64,000 nucleotides of DNA from Escherichia coli (lineage in GTDB: Bacteria; Pseudomonadota; Gammaproteobacteria; Enterobacterales; Enterobacteriaceae), in the NCBI RefSeq assembly GCF_011045215.1, contig NZ_CP049201.1; one strand, written 5' to 3'. The notes under the pieces were generated by a model that saw only the letters and a list, made by a program, of their open reading frames with translations, was not told the DNA's origin and did no database searches. Each line of letters starts with the position of its first letter. Within the stretch, counting starts at the first letter, position 1. Below are positions 26,396 through 35,902 of the stretch, piece by piece. Position numbers and translations under genes: made by a program.

Positions 26396-27953
26396 CTTTT
26401 TCTCCCGTTGTCTGACGGATCTGCTGCTGAAACGCGTCCTTTATCCAGACCGGACGCGGAAGACCGGCAGCCTGTCGCTCCTGAGTTTCCCGTAGCTGCT
26501 GGCGGAAAATCTCCTGATAGTCATCCCCCATCAGGGCCAGCTCTTTCTCGTATGTACTCAGGCCGCCTTCAATGCGCATCACCGCTTCCTGCACTTCCTT
26601 AAGGCCATCAATCGCCATACGACCGGCACCAATCCACTCGGCACGGCACCACCCGGAACGGGCCTCCCAGAATGAGAAACGGGATTTCGGCGGACGGATC
26701 ACACCACGAATAAGGGCTTCCTCCAGCCAGCAGGCAAACATCTGTGACGCCAGGCGACTGGCCACAAATTTTCGTTTTCCCATAAAATACCGCCACGACT
26801 CATTGGCGGATGCCCTGGCACTGGAATAACTGACCTGTGAATAATCACGGGAAAGCTGCTCATAGGACACGCCCAGTCCGGCAGCTATGTAACGTAACAG
26901 CGCCTTTTCCAGTTCAGAAAAACCATTATCCGCATTCTGGGCTGTCTGCAGATTCAGTGAATCTCCCGGGTAAAGATGCGGAATACGGACCCCGCCCAGT
27001 TTTACCGTATTGGTGGCGTAATAACGCGCGTAGCCTTTCATGATGGTGTTCAGGGGATTTTTACCTCCATCTCCCACTCCGGCGATATATTCAAACGCTT
27101 TTTCCGAATCCAGTGTGGATTCAATCGTCGCGGCGTACATCGCCCGCACCACCGCCGACTGCAGTTGCGTGGCCTGCAGTGTGTCGAGCATCTTGAGACG
27201 CTCCATGACGGAATAAAACTGGTTGGCCCCGCGCGTCTGCCCGTCTTCCTGTGGCTGAAACACATGGATCATTCCCGGTCTCCCGGAAGGCAGTGTTGCC
27301 GTAATTCGTGTCCATTTACTGACACCGTAGCCGGGCCAGCCATCATCCTGAACATGGTAGGCCAGCGCTTTTCCGTGTCGGTTTATTTCCACCCCGGCAC
27401 GCATAAAACGATCGCCGGTACCATAACCGGGTGTACTGACACGCTTCGGGCTGATGGTTTTGAATTTCGTCCGGAATAATGACGTGGATTCCGCATCCCA
27501 TACGGGCTGGACAAAAATTTCACCGTTAAACGTATGGACCCCCACCCCTTCACGAATGAATTCGGTAAACGAACGACGTCCTTCCACATCCATCGTACCA
27601 AACACCGGATCGCAGTATTCCATCCACGCAGCCTCAACATCTTCAATAAAAGCATGTGAATCTGCTTCCGACATCCCCAGCCAGCGCCAGTTGGGACGGT
27701 AACTCAGACGAAACATGTGCCCGACAATATGATCCTTATGAATTTCCACTGCATTCGATGCAATACCGTTGTTACGGACCAGATCATCCGCGCGGGCGTT
27801 ACCCAGATGAATGGAAGGTAAGAGCGCCACGTCGGCACTTTCCGGTGCAGGCAGCCATTCTGCCATTTGCCCACCGAACCCGGAACCACCACCAGAATAT
27901 CCCATGCTTTGCCGTAAAGGCTGCCCATGAATATCCACCAGTTCCCCGTTCAC
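26382..27953 (-). CDS. Portal protein (lambda gpB-like)
   Basis: 523 aa, position between W and C. Confidence 0.9.
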   Translation of the reverse strand: MNGELVDIHGQPLRQSMGYSGGGSGFGGQMAEWLPAPESADVALLPSIHLGNARADDLVRNNGIASNAVEIHKDHIVGHMFRLSYRPNWRWLGMSEADSHAFIEDVEAAWMEYCDPVFGTMDVEGRRSFTEFIREGVGVHTFNGEIFVQPVWDAESTSLFRTKFKTISPKRVSTPGYGTGDRFMRAGVEINRHGKALAYHVQDDGWPGYGVSKWTRITATLPSGRPGMIHVFQPQEDGQTRGANQFYSVMERLKMLDTLQATQLQSAVVRAMYAATIESTLDSEKAFEYIAGVGDGGKNPLNTIMKGYARYYATNTVKLGGVRIPHLYPGDSLNLQTAQNADNGFSELEKALLRYIAAGLGVSYEQLSRDYSQVSYSSARASANESWRYFMGKRKFVASRLASQMFACWLEEALIRGVIRPPKSRFSFWEARSGWCRAEWIGAGRMAIDGLKEVQEAVMRIEGGLSTYEKELALMGDDYQEIFRQQLRETQERQAAGLPRPVWIKDAFQQQIRQTTGEKGDAS

Positions 27954-28159
27954 AGCCCCACTCCTGCCGGGCCACGACGCCGTCCGGATACACCCAGCGC
28001 ACTTTCCAGCTCTTCAATATACTGACGCAGTTCACCAATCGTCGCACGCGAATACTGAACCTGCCGTCCGTTCCTGCCGACAGAAACCACAGCACGCCCG
28101 ATCATCAGTTCATGTAATGCCCGACGCGCCTCGCAAAGCATTTCATGCGTATAAACCAT
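27950..28159 (-). CDS. Head-tail joining protein W (lambda gpW-like)
   Basis: 69 aa; ...EARRALHELMIGRAVVSVGRNGRQVQYSRATIGELRQYIEELE...RRRGPAG matches gpW. Confidence 0.8.
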   Translation of the reverse strand: MVYTHEMLCEARRALHELMIGRAVVSVGRNGRQVQYSRATIGELRQYIEELESALGVSGRRRGPAGVGL

Positions 28160-28162
28160 CCT

Positions 28163-30115
28163 TTATCCTCCACTCAGTGCAGCCGCGATCTCTTCCATGC
28201 TCATATCATCCTCATCCTGCTCATCTCTTCGTGCCCTCGCCAGCGCTTCAAGGTCCAGTTGCCACCGCTGTACCGAAACGCGCAGGGCGGCATAAGCATA
28301 TACCAGGCAGTCGAGGGCTTCGTTGCGTCGCCCTTTTTTATCCCACAGCAGTTTCACCCTGCCGTTAACCACCTTTTCCACCAGTTCTTCCGCTACGATT
28401 TGACGCGCCTCTTCTTCCGAAAAAATGTCCGGGTTATCCGGAAAACGGAAGGTATACGGGGCTGCTTCACTTGCAGAAACCACCGGCAGGGCAAAACGCG
28501 CATACAGCATTTCCTTGACGGTATCGGAGCCCACCTCACACAAAAACACACCACGCTGGTTGCGCTTTTTGGGCATGGTGATCACCGGCTTGCCATACAC
28601 CGATGCCCCTTTTATGGGAAGCACAAAAAAAGTGCCGTGTTTCCTGGAACGCTGATACACAATGTCCTGGTCGATACCACCGGTATCCCAGCAGACGCGG
28701 GAAATGGAAATTTCAGTACCGTCAGCATGGCGGTATTTTTTCCGGATCACCGCATCAACACGTTTAAGGGTGTCCTCGTCCTCCGGTCGCCCCATGATAA
28801 TTTGCTTGTCAATCAGAAAGGCTTCTTCGCCGGGAGCCCAGCCCCAGACATAAATTTCATAGCGATCTTTCTGGGAGTCGATCCCGGCAGTCAGGTAAAC
28901 CACCCGCAGGGGAACCTGCGCATCATAGTGGCAGACTTTTTCCAGCAACAACTCAAAGCTCAGTTTTTCTGCCACGGCCTCTTCATAGGGCTCCCCGAGC
29001 GTGGTGTTAATAAACGTCTTGACACCGTTCGGATCCTTCAGCGCATCCAGCCAGTCATAAACAATCTGTACCCAGGTGGTGAACGGACTGTACGCTGTCC
29101 ACACGTGGTACGTGATTGAGCGCGGTGGCGGCATCTCCTCATCACCGGCGCTGTAAAATGCCAGGCCGTCACGCGTCCACATCCCGGTATTGTCACAAAT
29201 CCAGCGCCCGTCGGTCTGGTCAAGCTCCGACTGCCGGATCACACAGCCATTATGTTCACACAGGTAATACACCGTTTCCGGTTTACCCTTCTCCCATTTC
29301 AGGCCAAAGGTTGTCGCATCATCGCCAAACTTAAGATACTGGGCTTCACCACAATGAGGGCATGGCACATAAAACCGCATAAAATGTGCAGATTCGTTCG
29401 CGGCTTTTTCAATCTGACAGGAACCTTTAATTTTTGGCGTTGAGCCGCGTATGGATTTAGGCCATACCGAACCTTCGATACGTTTATCGCCAAGCAGCGT
29501 TGGCGAGCCTTCCTTTTCCACATCCGGTTCAAACGAGGAGAGTTCGTCATAGCAGACCACATCCACTGATTTTTCACGGTAGTTTTTAGCAGCGGCACCC
29601 CCCAGGCACCAGAACCCCACGCCGGAGGAGAAACGCTTCAGGGTGAGTGTGTTGTCACGATGTTTTCTGCCCAGCCATGGCGATAACGCTTTAAGGCTGG
29701 GGACATCCCGGAGCGTTGCTTCCACATGCGCTTTCATAAAATCTTCAGCTGCGGAATCTGTCGGCTGGAAGAGCAGGCTGTTACGGGATTTATGCTCAAT
29801 AAAATACCCGACCACGCCCAGCAGCATTTTGGTGTAACCCACACGCGCCGATTTAATCAGATTAACAGTGCGGATCCTGTCGTGCCCCATGCTGTTCATA
29901 ATGGCGACCTGGAACGGCAGTGTTTTCCATTCCCCATCACCGTATGACGATTCTTTAGGCAGATAATAATTTTGATCAGCCCATTCAACTGCCGTCATCG
30001 GTACAACCCTGACCAGAGGCTGCAGCGCAACTGAAACAGCAGCCATCATATTATTCAGCTGTAGTTCGGATATATTCATCGAGTAACTCCGGCAATTTAT
30101 CCCCTGTCCGCGCAC
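28163..30115 (-). CDS. Terminase large subunit (lambda gpA-like)
   Basis: 650 aa; ATPase and nuclease domains, lambda-A length, overlaps terS end. Confidence 0.92.
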   Translation of the reverse strand: MRGQGINCRSYSMNISELQLNNMMAAVSVALQPLVRVVPMTAVEWADQNYYLPKESSYGDGEWKTLPFQVAIMNSMGHDRIRTVNLIKSARVGYTKMLLGVVGYFIEHKSRNSLLFQPTDSAAEDFMKAHVEATLRDVPSLKALSPWLGRKHRDNTLTLKRFSSGVGFWCLGGAAAKNYREKSVDVVCYDELSSFEPDVEKEGSPTLLGDKRIEGSVWPKSIRGSTPKIKGSCQIEKAANESAHFMRFYVPCPHCGEAQYLKFGDDATTFGLKWEKGKPETVYYLCEHNGCVIRQSELDQTDGRWICDNTGMWTRDGLAFYSAGDEEMPPPRSITYHVWTAYSPFTTWVQIVYDWLDALKDPNGVKTFINTTLGEPYEEAVAEKLSFELLLEKVCHYDAQVPLRVVYLTAGIDSQKDRYEIYVWGWAPGEEAFLIDKQIIMGRPEDEDTLKRVDAVIRKKYRHADGTEISISRVCWDTGGIDQDIVYQRSRKHGTFFVLPIKGASVYGKPVITMPKKRNQRGVFLCEVGSDTVKEMLYARFALPVVSASEAAPYTFRFPDNPDIFSEEEARQIVAEELVEKVVNGRVKLLWDKKGRRNEALDCLVYAYAALRVSVQRWQLDLEALARARRDEQDEDDMSMEEIAAALSGG

Positions 30116-30560
30116 ACTGATTCGCGCCTTTTGCGATAAGGGTTTTCAGATAATCGATATGACGCGGGGTTAAATCCGGGAACTGTCGCTGCATGGATAA
30201 AGGAATGGAATCAAGCGTACTGGACAATGCCATCGCCAGTTTGCTGAGAGCGAAAACGCAGAACCCAGAATCAATGAGCTTGCCTTCGGTTACCTGATTT
30301 TTTAATTGCTGTGCTATTGCCTGTTCTTCAGTCAATTTCCATCTGGCGATAAGTAATTTTTCTTCGTAATCGCTATTTCCATCGTCATCAGTATCGCTTC
30401 TTCCTTTGCGTTTAAGGTATGAAATATAAAAATATCGCCAGGCATCAATATCGTATTCACCACGCTTTCGATTTTTTGGCGCTCCCGGGTGCTTCTGAAG
30501 ATCCCGCAACCAGCGTTCAGTTATACCAAGATGCTCGGCTACCTCCGCCTGCGTTGCCAT
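30051..30560 (-). CDS. Terminase small subunit (Nu1-like C-terminal half, divergent N-terminal HTH)
   Basis: 169 aa; C-terminal ...GKLIDSGFCVFALSKL...LSMQRQFPDLTPRHIDYL... similar to island TerS and lambda Nu1. Confidence 0.8.
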   Translation of the reverse strand: MATQAEVAEHLGITERWLRDLQKHPGAPKNRKRGEYDIDAWRYFYISYLKRKGRSDTDDDGNSDYEEKLLIARWKLTEEQAIAQQLKNQVTEGKLIDSGFCVFALSKLAMALSSTLDSIPLSMQRQFPDLTPRHIDYLKTLIAKGANQCARTGDKLPELLDEYIRTTAE

Positions 30561-30790
30561 ACACCCTCTTTAGCTGTTCACTTTACACTCAACTCCGTTT
30601 TTGCCGCTATTTTCCCACAAACTGGTCGGACTTCCGGTTTTCTTGATAACTAAAAACAATATAATCAATTGGTTAGATAATTAAAAAACCGGAAGTGGAA
30701 CTCGAAAAATTTTCATAAATAGCGCGTTTTTGCGCGTCCTACGACCCCCGGTGTTTCAGATTCCGGAAAGGACCCGCGCAAATGAGAGCA
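30561..30790 (-). other. cos site of prophage (cosQ-cosN-cosB)
   Basis: Minus strand GGGTCCTTTCCGGAATCTGAAACACCG GGGGTCGTAGGA CGCGCAAAAACGCGCTATTTATGAAAATTTTTCG, about 180 nt upstream of terS. Confidence 0.6.
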
Positions 30791-31421
30791 TTTATCATTA
30801 ACATTTACAGATAAGATGACGTACATCATTGCAACGCCATTCAGCCATATACCTGTGGCATTCGTTGTTGCACTCCGTAACCCTGCGACTAAAGTTGAAA
30901 GCATGGCCATCTTTTGCCACCGGCAAATCTTCAATGGATTTCCCCTGCCGGTTTTTTATTTTCGTCGATGCATAACATTGCATTTACATCAATACCGTCT
31001 ATTGTCATAAGTATGTTGTACCGATGCTCGGGTGATATTGGCGGTCTTCGCCAGCCGGTTCTGTGTAGCTGCTCCCTGTGACCGGTTTTTTATTTCTCAC
31101 ATTATCGCAGCCCCTCACTGAAGGGCTGCTGTAATGCCTGTTACTCACAAATCAAACGAACATGCTGACCACTCATTTCAATGCGTAAGTATTGTGGCTT
31201 GCCGTCAATCAACGCGGTGATTAACTTGTCACCTGTAGGTTTCCACATAATTTTCTCCTGTTTTAATGCCCCTTGCCGCCGGGCAGTTGATCAAAGTTCA
31301 TCTTGATTCGACAAGATTTAGAATGAATAAGATAAAATTGGCACAAGCAGCAGAATTTCATGCTTTCTGGACGCTGGCGCACCCTTCATTTTTCAGCAAA
31401 ATATTCTGCTCTTACAGGCGA

Positions 31422-31577
31422 TCAGTTCTGCATACACTGCCGAACACCGTCGACAATTTCACAGACCTGAGAAGCTGTATCGAAAAGCTGGCGCGCCTTA
31501 TCCAGGCTGACGCACCCCACCAATAAAAAAGGCACCAGTATCGCTACCAGTGCCCATTTCGCCGCCGTTCGCGGCAT
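31422..31577 (-). CDS. Small lipoprotein (possible o-spanin or moron)
   Basis: 51 aa; signal peptide with lipobox LLVGC; last gene of lysis region. Confidence 0.35.
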   Translation of the reverse strand: MPRTAAKWALVAILVPFLLVGCVSLDKARQLFDTASQVCEIVDGVRQCMQN

Positions 31578-31873
31578 TCTGTGTGTCCAGTGTTTTCGGC
31601 TCATGTCACCACCACCTGACCGCACTAACCAACTGTGCAATACCATACAAACACAAGCAAAACGCTCCAGCCTTGATTAACCAGGCGGTAGCTACACTGA
31701 TTTCGCTCGTCACCGGAGCTTTCAGTTCAGGGCCGTTTTTCATTGTCAACCTCAGCAGTATTCTTTTATACTTTCCCACGAGGATTTTTTCCGTATTCAC
31801 TGAGCACAATTTCCTTTTCATCGCGTGATAACTAAAAACCCCGGACTGTTCCAGCAGCCGGGGTTTTATTTTT

Positions 31874-32155
31874 TTATTTACTGGTATGAGTGCGGCATCG
31901 GGCTATTTCATTCCGGGCCTTACTGTCACCGCGACAGATGCAACGCACCGTATCGCCGTTCAGTGTGGTAATGTAAGCCTCATCCTCTTTTTCTACCGGA
32001 ATACATGGAATATCCCCGCCCCGGCAATACTCAATTTTTGCAGCAAGATGAGTGTCACGCGGATAGAACTCCAGACGATACATATCCCCCAGGACATGCA
32101 CTTCCTCAACCTGACGGCCATCTTTAGTTACCGTTATTTTTTTCAGTGCGTACAT
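31874..32155 (-). CDS. Hypothetical Cys-rich protein
   Basis: 93 aa from MYALKKITVTKDG... with GGAGG RBS; several Cys pairs; downstream of endolysin. Confidence 0.35.
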   Translation of the reverse strand: MYALKKITVTKDGRQVEEVHVLGDMYRLEFYPRDTHLAAKIEYCRGGDIPCIPVEKEDEAYITTLNGDTVRCICRGDSKARNEIARCRTHTSK

Positions 32156-32222
32156 ACGTACCTCCGTTCTTTCGTTTTTTGAGTAATAAAAAAGGCCGCC
32201 ACAGCGACCTTTGCCAGTACGT

Positions 32223-32789
32223 TTACAAACCAACGCGCGCTTTCATCCAGCCATAGACAAACGACTCATTGGCCTCGCGTTTCTCTGCCAGCTCCAGATA
32301 ACGCTCGCCCTGCGTACAGTTCAGGGCTTTCACCAGTACCAGTTCACCATCCCTGCTGCGATTTTTCAGATATGCCCGTAACGCATTAAGAGTACGCGGT
32401 CCGATGCGTCCATCTGCATCCATATCCGGATAGAGTTTCCCGCGCAGGTTAAAAACATTCAGCCAGCGCTGAAGCATTCTGGACGCCACGGCTGGTCCCA
32501 TGTTCACGCCCGTGTCGCACAACTCTGCGGCAATATCCGGAGACAGATTCTCAACCTGGTCGAATCGTGGTCCGTACCAGTAGTCCGCCTCGAGTATTTC
32601 CAGCGCCTGCCCACGCGTCAGGTCACGCATATCGCCCTGATAACCGTGTGCACGGGCAACTTTTTCAGTGATGCCCCATTTAGTCGGACCACCTTTATCA
32701 TCCGGGTGATTGACGTAACCGCCCTCTTTTCCCAGAATTTCGTCAAAAATTTCATCTTTCGACTTCATATCAGCGCCTTCGTAATACAA
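32223..32789 (-). CDS. Endolysin (GH108-like muramidase with peptidoglycan-binding domain)
   Basis: 188 aa; ...EGGYVNHPDDKGGPTKWGIT... typical GH108 N-terminus; follows holin-like genes. Confidence 0.75.
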   Translation of the reverse strand: MYYEGADMKSKDEIFDEILGKEGGYVNHPDDKGGPTKWGITEKVARAHGYQGDMRDLTRGQALEILEADYWYGPRFDQVENLSPDIAAELCDTGVNMGPAVASRMLQRWLNVFNLRGKLYPDMDADGRIGPRTLNALRAYLKNRSRDGELVLVKALNCTQGERYLELAEKREANESFVYGWMKARVGL

Positions 32790-33060
32790 GGATTTTTGAT
32801 ACGTTCCCGCGTGCTCGTATCACCAGCACGCAGAACACCAGGTTAATCAGGACGACCAGCCAGTTACCGGGTGGAAAGCGACCACACAGATAACAAAGCG
32901 GCGCAAAGGCATAAAGCAGCATCAGCAGCCAGGCCAGCCACGACATCAGCGGTTTATGTCTCGACTCACCACGACGATAAAAAAAGAGCGTCAGCACGAT
33001 AACCGTGCTTAACACCACATTCAGTAATCCGGGAAGGTTACTTAACATTACCGCCTCCAC
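32770..33060 (-). CDS. Holin/antiholin-like membrane protein
   Basis: 96 aa with 2-3 predicted TM helices, immediately upstream of endolysin. Confidence 0.5.
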   Translation of the reverse strand: MEAVMLSNLPGLLNVVLSTVIVLTLFFYRRGESRHKPLMSWLAWLLMLLYAFAPLCYLCGRFPPGNWLVVLINLVFCVLVIRARGNVSKILVLRRR

Positions 33061-33427
33061 CCCGCAGACGGGAGAACAGCCCGGATACCAGCGATGCGAT
33101 ATCCTGCTGGTGGATGAATGAGAGAATCTTCACTGACACCACCGATACCAGTACCGCACAAAGCGCGTCGAGAGATGTGCTGTGGAGATTCAGTTTTTCA
33201 ACCAGGTAAGACGCCATCACATCCGCCCCCAGCACGCCAACAATGAACGACACCAGAAAATGCGCTGCCACACGCCAGACAGAAATCTTCTGTGGTATCG
33301 TGGCCACAAACAGCGCCCCTGCGAATGCACCAAACACAATCCCGAAATCCGTTCCGGTAAACAGCCCGAATACCGTCGCCCCGCCGAGCGCCGCAGCCGT
33401 GCCGGAACCGGATAAGGGTTCAGACAT
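33038..33427 (-). CDS. Putative holin
   Basis: About 130 aa from MSEPLSGSG...; Gly/Ala-rich TM helices; ORF track start 33640 probably over-extended. Confidence 0.5.
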   Translation of the reverse strand: MSEPLSGSGTAAALGGATVFGLFTGTDFGIVFGAFAGALFVATIPQKISVWRVAAHFLVSFIVGVLGADVMASYLVEKLNLHSTSLDALCAVLVSVVSVKILSFIHQQDIASLVSGLFSRLRGGGGNVK

Positions 33428-33896
33428 ACTTTTTCTCCTGTAAATAAAAAAGGGCCGCTGTCGGCCCGTAAAAAAACACCCCGTCAAAGGCACCCGCAGA
33501 TGCCTTTTGTGTGGTGTTATCTGGTGTTTTCTGATGTGGTGTGTGCAGGACACAGATGTGAAAAAGGTCCGCCGGTACGAACCCTGTGTATGGATAAAAA
33601 AATGCCCGTCATGAGACGGGCTAACGCATTCATCATGCAAGAGTTAAGCAGGATTACCTGTATCGAATTATCGGTATCAGAATGAGTCGTCAACCTGCAA
33701 CGCAATTCTGACGAATCGTAGACCCCGGTTCAGGCGACGACTCATTCTGATAACGCATACCATTAACAATGTAAAAAACACAGCACTGAAACTGTAACCG
33801 GCCAGGCATTACAGAATGAAGAAAATAAAGTGTCCGCAACCAGATTCTTCACGAAAATTCGTCAGTGCTGATAAAGCTATGACTCATCAGTTTTAC

Positions 33897-33972
33897 TGGA
33901 GAACGGTGGCGGGAATCGAACCCACATCATCAGCCTGGAAAGCTGAGGTAATAGCCATTATACGATACCCGC
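33897..33972 (-). tRNA. tRNA-Gly(UCC)-like sequence, acceptor stem imperfect (possible pseudo-tRNA)
   Basis: Minus strand GCGGGTATCGTATAATGGCTATTACCTCAGCTTTCCAGGCTGATGATGTGGGTTCGATTCCCGCCACCGTTCTCCA: D-, anticodon- and T-arms like E. coli glyT, but 3' acceptor strand CACCGTTC does not pair with 5' GCGGGTA. Confidence 0.5.
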
Positions 33973-34190
33973 ATACTGTGCTGGCTTCCGGAATCACACG
34001 AATTACCGGGAAAGCCAGCACTGGTCTTTCCGGTGGCAAGCAACACCCCTGTGAACATAAAGACAACCACCTTCCGGACCAGTCAGAATACTAACGACAG
34101 TTTTTCAGACATCAAAAATATATTTGGTGTTCAGTTTTAAATATGTGTATACATCTGTATCAGAAATATACAACTTATATCATCACTGAA

Positions 34191-35237
34191 TTAAAAATCT
34201 TTCGTTATTTCTCTGACCGTCTGATTAAAACGTTCCTCTTCCAGTTCCACGCCAATCGCCCTGCGTCCCAGCAACAGTGCCGCTTTTATCGTGGAACCTG
34301 ACCCCATAAAAAAATCTGCGACCAAATCGCCTGGACGGCTGCTGGCAGTAATTATCTGACGCAACATATCCGCCGGTTTTTCACAGGGATGTTTGCCCGG
34401 ATAATACTGCACGGGCTTGTGCGTCCAGACATCCGTATAAGGAACGACAGCCGATACGGAAAAATAACGCCGCAGTGATTTGTATTCCTCCAGCAGGCTG
34501 ACATATTGCCGGTTCAGTTCGCTGTATGTGCTGACCAGCTGGTGATGTGGCTGCTCCAGTTCACCGCGCTGGTGTTTTTCTGCCGCCACACGTGCAAACA
34601 GCGCCTGCAGTTTACTGTAATCGGCCTCATTCGGTAACTGCCACTGACTGGTACCAAACCAGTGCGAAACCATGTTTTTCTTTCCGGTGGCTTCAGCTAT
34701 CTGTTTTGACGTTATCCCCAGTGATTCACGCGCATCACGGAAGTAAGAAATCAGCGGGGCCATCACGTGCTGTTTAAGCTCGCGCCCCTTTGCCGCATAG
34801 CCGTCATTTTTTGGCTGGTATGGCCCCTGATAATGTTCAGCAAACAGAATGCGCTCTGTTGCCGGGAAATACGCCCGCAGGCTTTCCTTGTTGCACCCGT
34901 TCCAGCGTCCGGACGGCTTCGCCCAGATAATGTGGTTCAGCACATTAAAGCGCTCACGCATCATGATTTCGGTGTCAGATGCCAGGCGATGACCACAGAA
35001 CAGGTAAAGACTTCCGGCAGGCTTCAGTACCCGCCAGAACTGCGCCAGACATCGGTCCAGCCATTGCAGGTAATCATCGTCGCCCTTCCACTGGTTATCC
35101 CAGCCCTCGGGCTTCACTTTAAAGTATGGCGGGTCTGTGACTATCAGATCGACAGAGTTTTCCGGTAATGTCCGGATAAATTCCAGGCAATCCGCGTTGA
35201 TTAACTCACAACTGGATATTTTTACAGTATTAGCCAT
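34191..35237 (-). CDS. DNA methyltransferase (DPPY motif; N6-adenine or N4-cytosine), orphan
   Basis: 348 aa; IVTDPPYF near N-terminus and FMGSGST near C-terminus; no adjacent restriction endonuclease gene. Confidence 0.85.
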   Translation of the reverse strand: MANTVKISSCELINADCLEFIRTLPENSVDLIVTDPPYFKVKPEGWDNQWKGDDDYLQWLDRCLAQFWRVLKPAGSLYLFCGHRLASDTEIMMRERFNVLNHIIWAKPSGRWNGCNKESLRAYFPATERILFAEHYQGPYQPKNDGYAAKGRELKQHVMAPLISYFRDARESLGITSKQIAEATGKKNMVSHWFGTSQWQLPNEADYSKLQALFARVAAEKHQRGELEQPHHQLVSTYSELNRQYVSLLEEYKSLRRYFSVSAVVPYTDVWTHKPVQYYPGKHPCEKPADMLRQIITASSRPGDLVADFFMGSGSTIKAALLLGRRAIGVELEEERFNQTVREITKDF

Positions 35238-35387
35238 AGATCAATAAGCACTTCTCTGATAGGCTCATACCGCTTTTGCGCAAAGCAGATGGGCCTGAGG
35301 TTTGCTTGTGACCCCAACGCATGAGCAGATGGCTGGCAGGTGCCGCTAACACCCACCAGCCGCCCATTACCACAAATTAAAAAGCCT

Positions 35388-35585
35388 TCACTGCGAAAGG
35401 CGTCTGTAACAACCGAACTGATAATCTGCCAGACCCGCCATAACAAGCTGGGTCAGTATTAACTGGCAGCGTTCGCGTGAAAGGTAAGTATTCTGCGCAA
35501 TTTCCCCGACGGTCGCCGGTTCGGTGACGCTTAATTCATTAAACACCACTCTGGCGGTTTTGGTCATATCCTGCTGTTTTAGCAT
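35388..35585 (-). CDS. Hypothetical small protein
   Basis: About 65 aa from MLKQQDMTKTARVV...; ORF track 139-aa version likely over-extended. Confidence 0.3.
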   Translation of the reverse strand: MLKQQDMTKTARVVFNELSVTEPATVGEIAQNTYLSRERCQLILTQLVMAGLADYQFGCYRRLSQ

Positions 35586-35902
35586 GTCTTTTTCCCTATT
35601 CCGGTTAACGTGACATACCAATAACTCTTGTCTGAAAAGCCAGCAAGCTGAAAAACCGGTATTCGTAACCACCAGCGCGTTTAACGTACTGCACCACTTT
35701 TCGGGCACAAAAAACCCGCCTAACGGCGAGCTTAAGCTGTGTAGCGAAGTAACCACTCTTAACACACTAAGCGAAAAAATGCGGACCGCGTTAGTGATTT
35801 TTAGCAAGTTTTGCTTTATTTTTCCTACGTACAGTAAAAATAAGAAATCAATTCCAGCCAGGCTGGCTGAGTTAACACAGGTCTTAGAATGAGGGAACTT
35901 CT

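Noticed and set aside
33640-34190. Shiga toxin or other toxin cargo between Q, the tRNA-like sequence and the lysis genes
   Set aside because: The interval contains only the tRNA-like sequence and short noncoding DNA; no ORF with A/B toxin subunit features.
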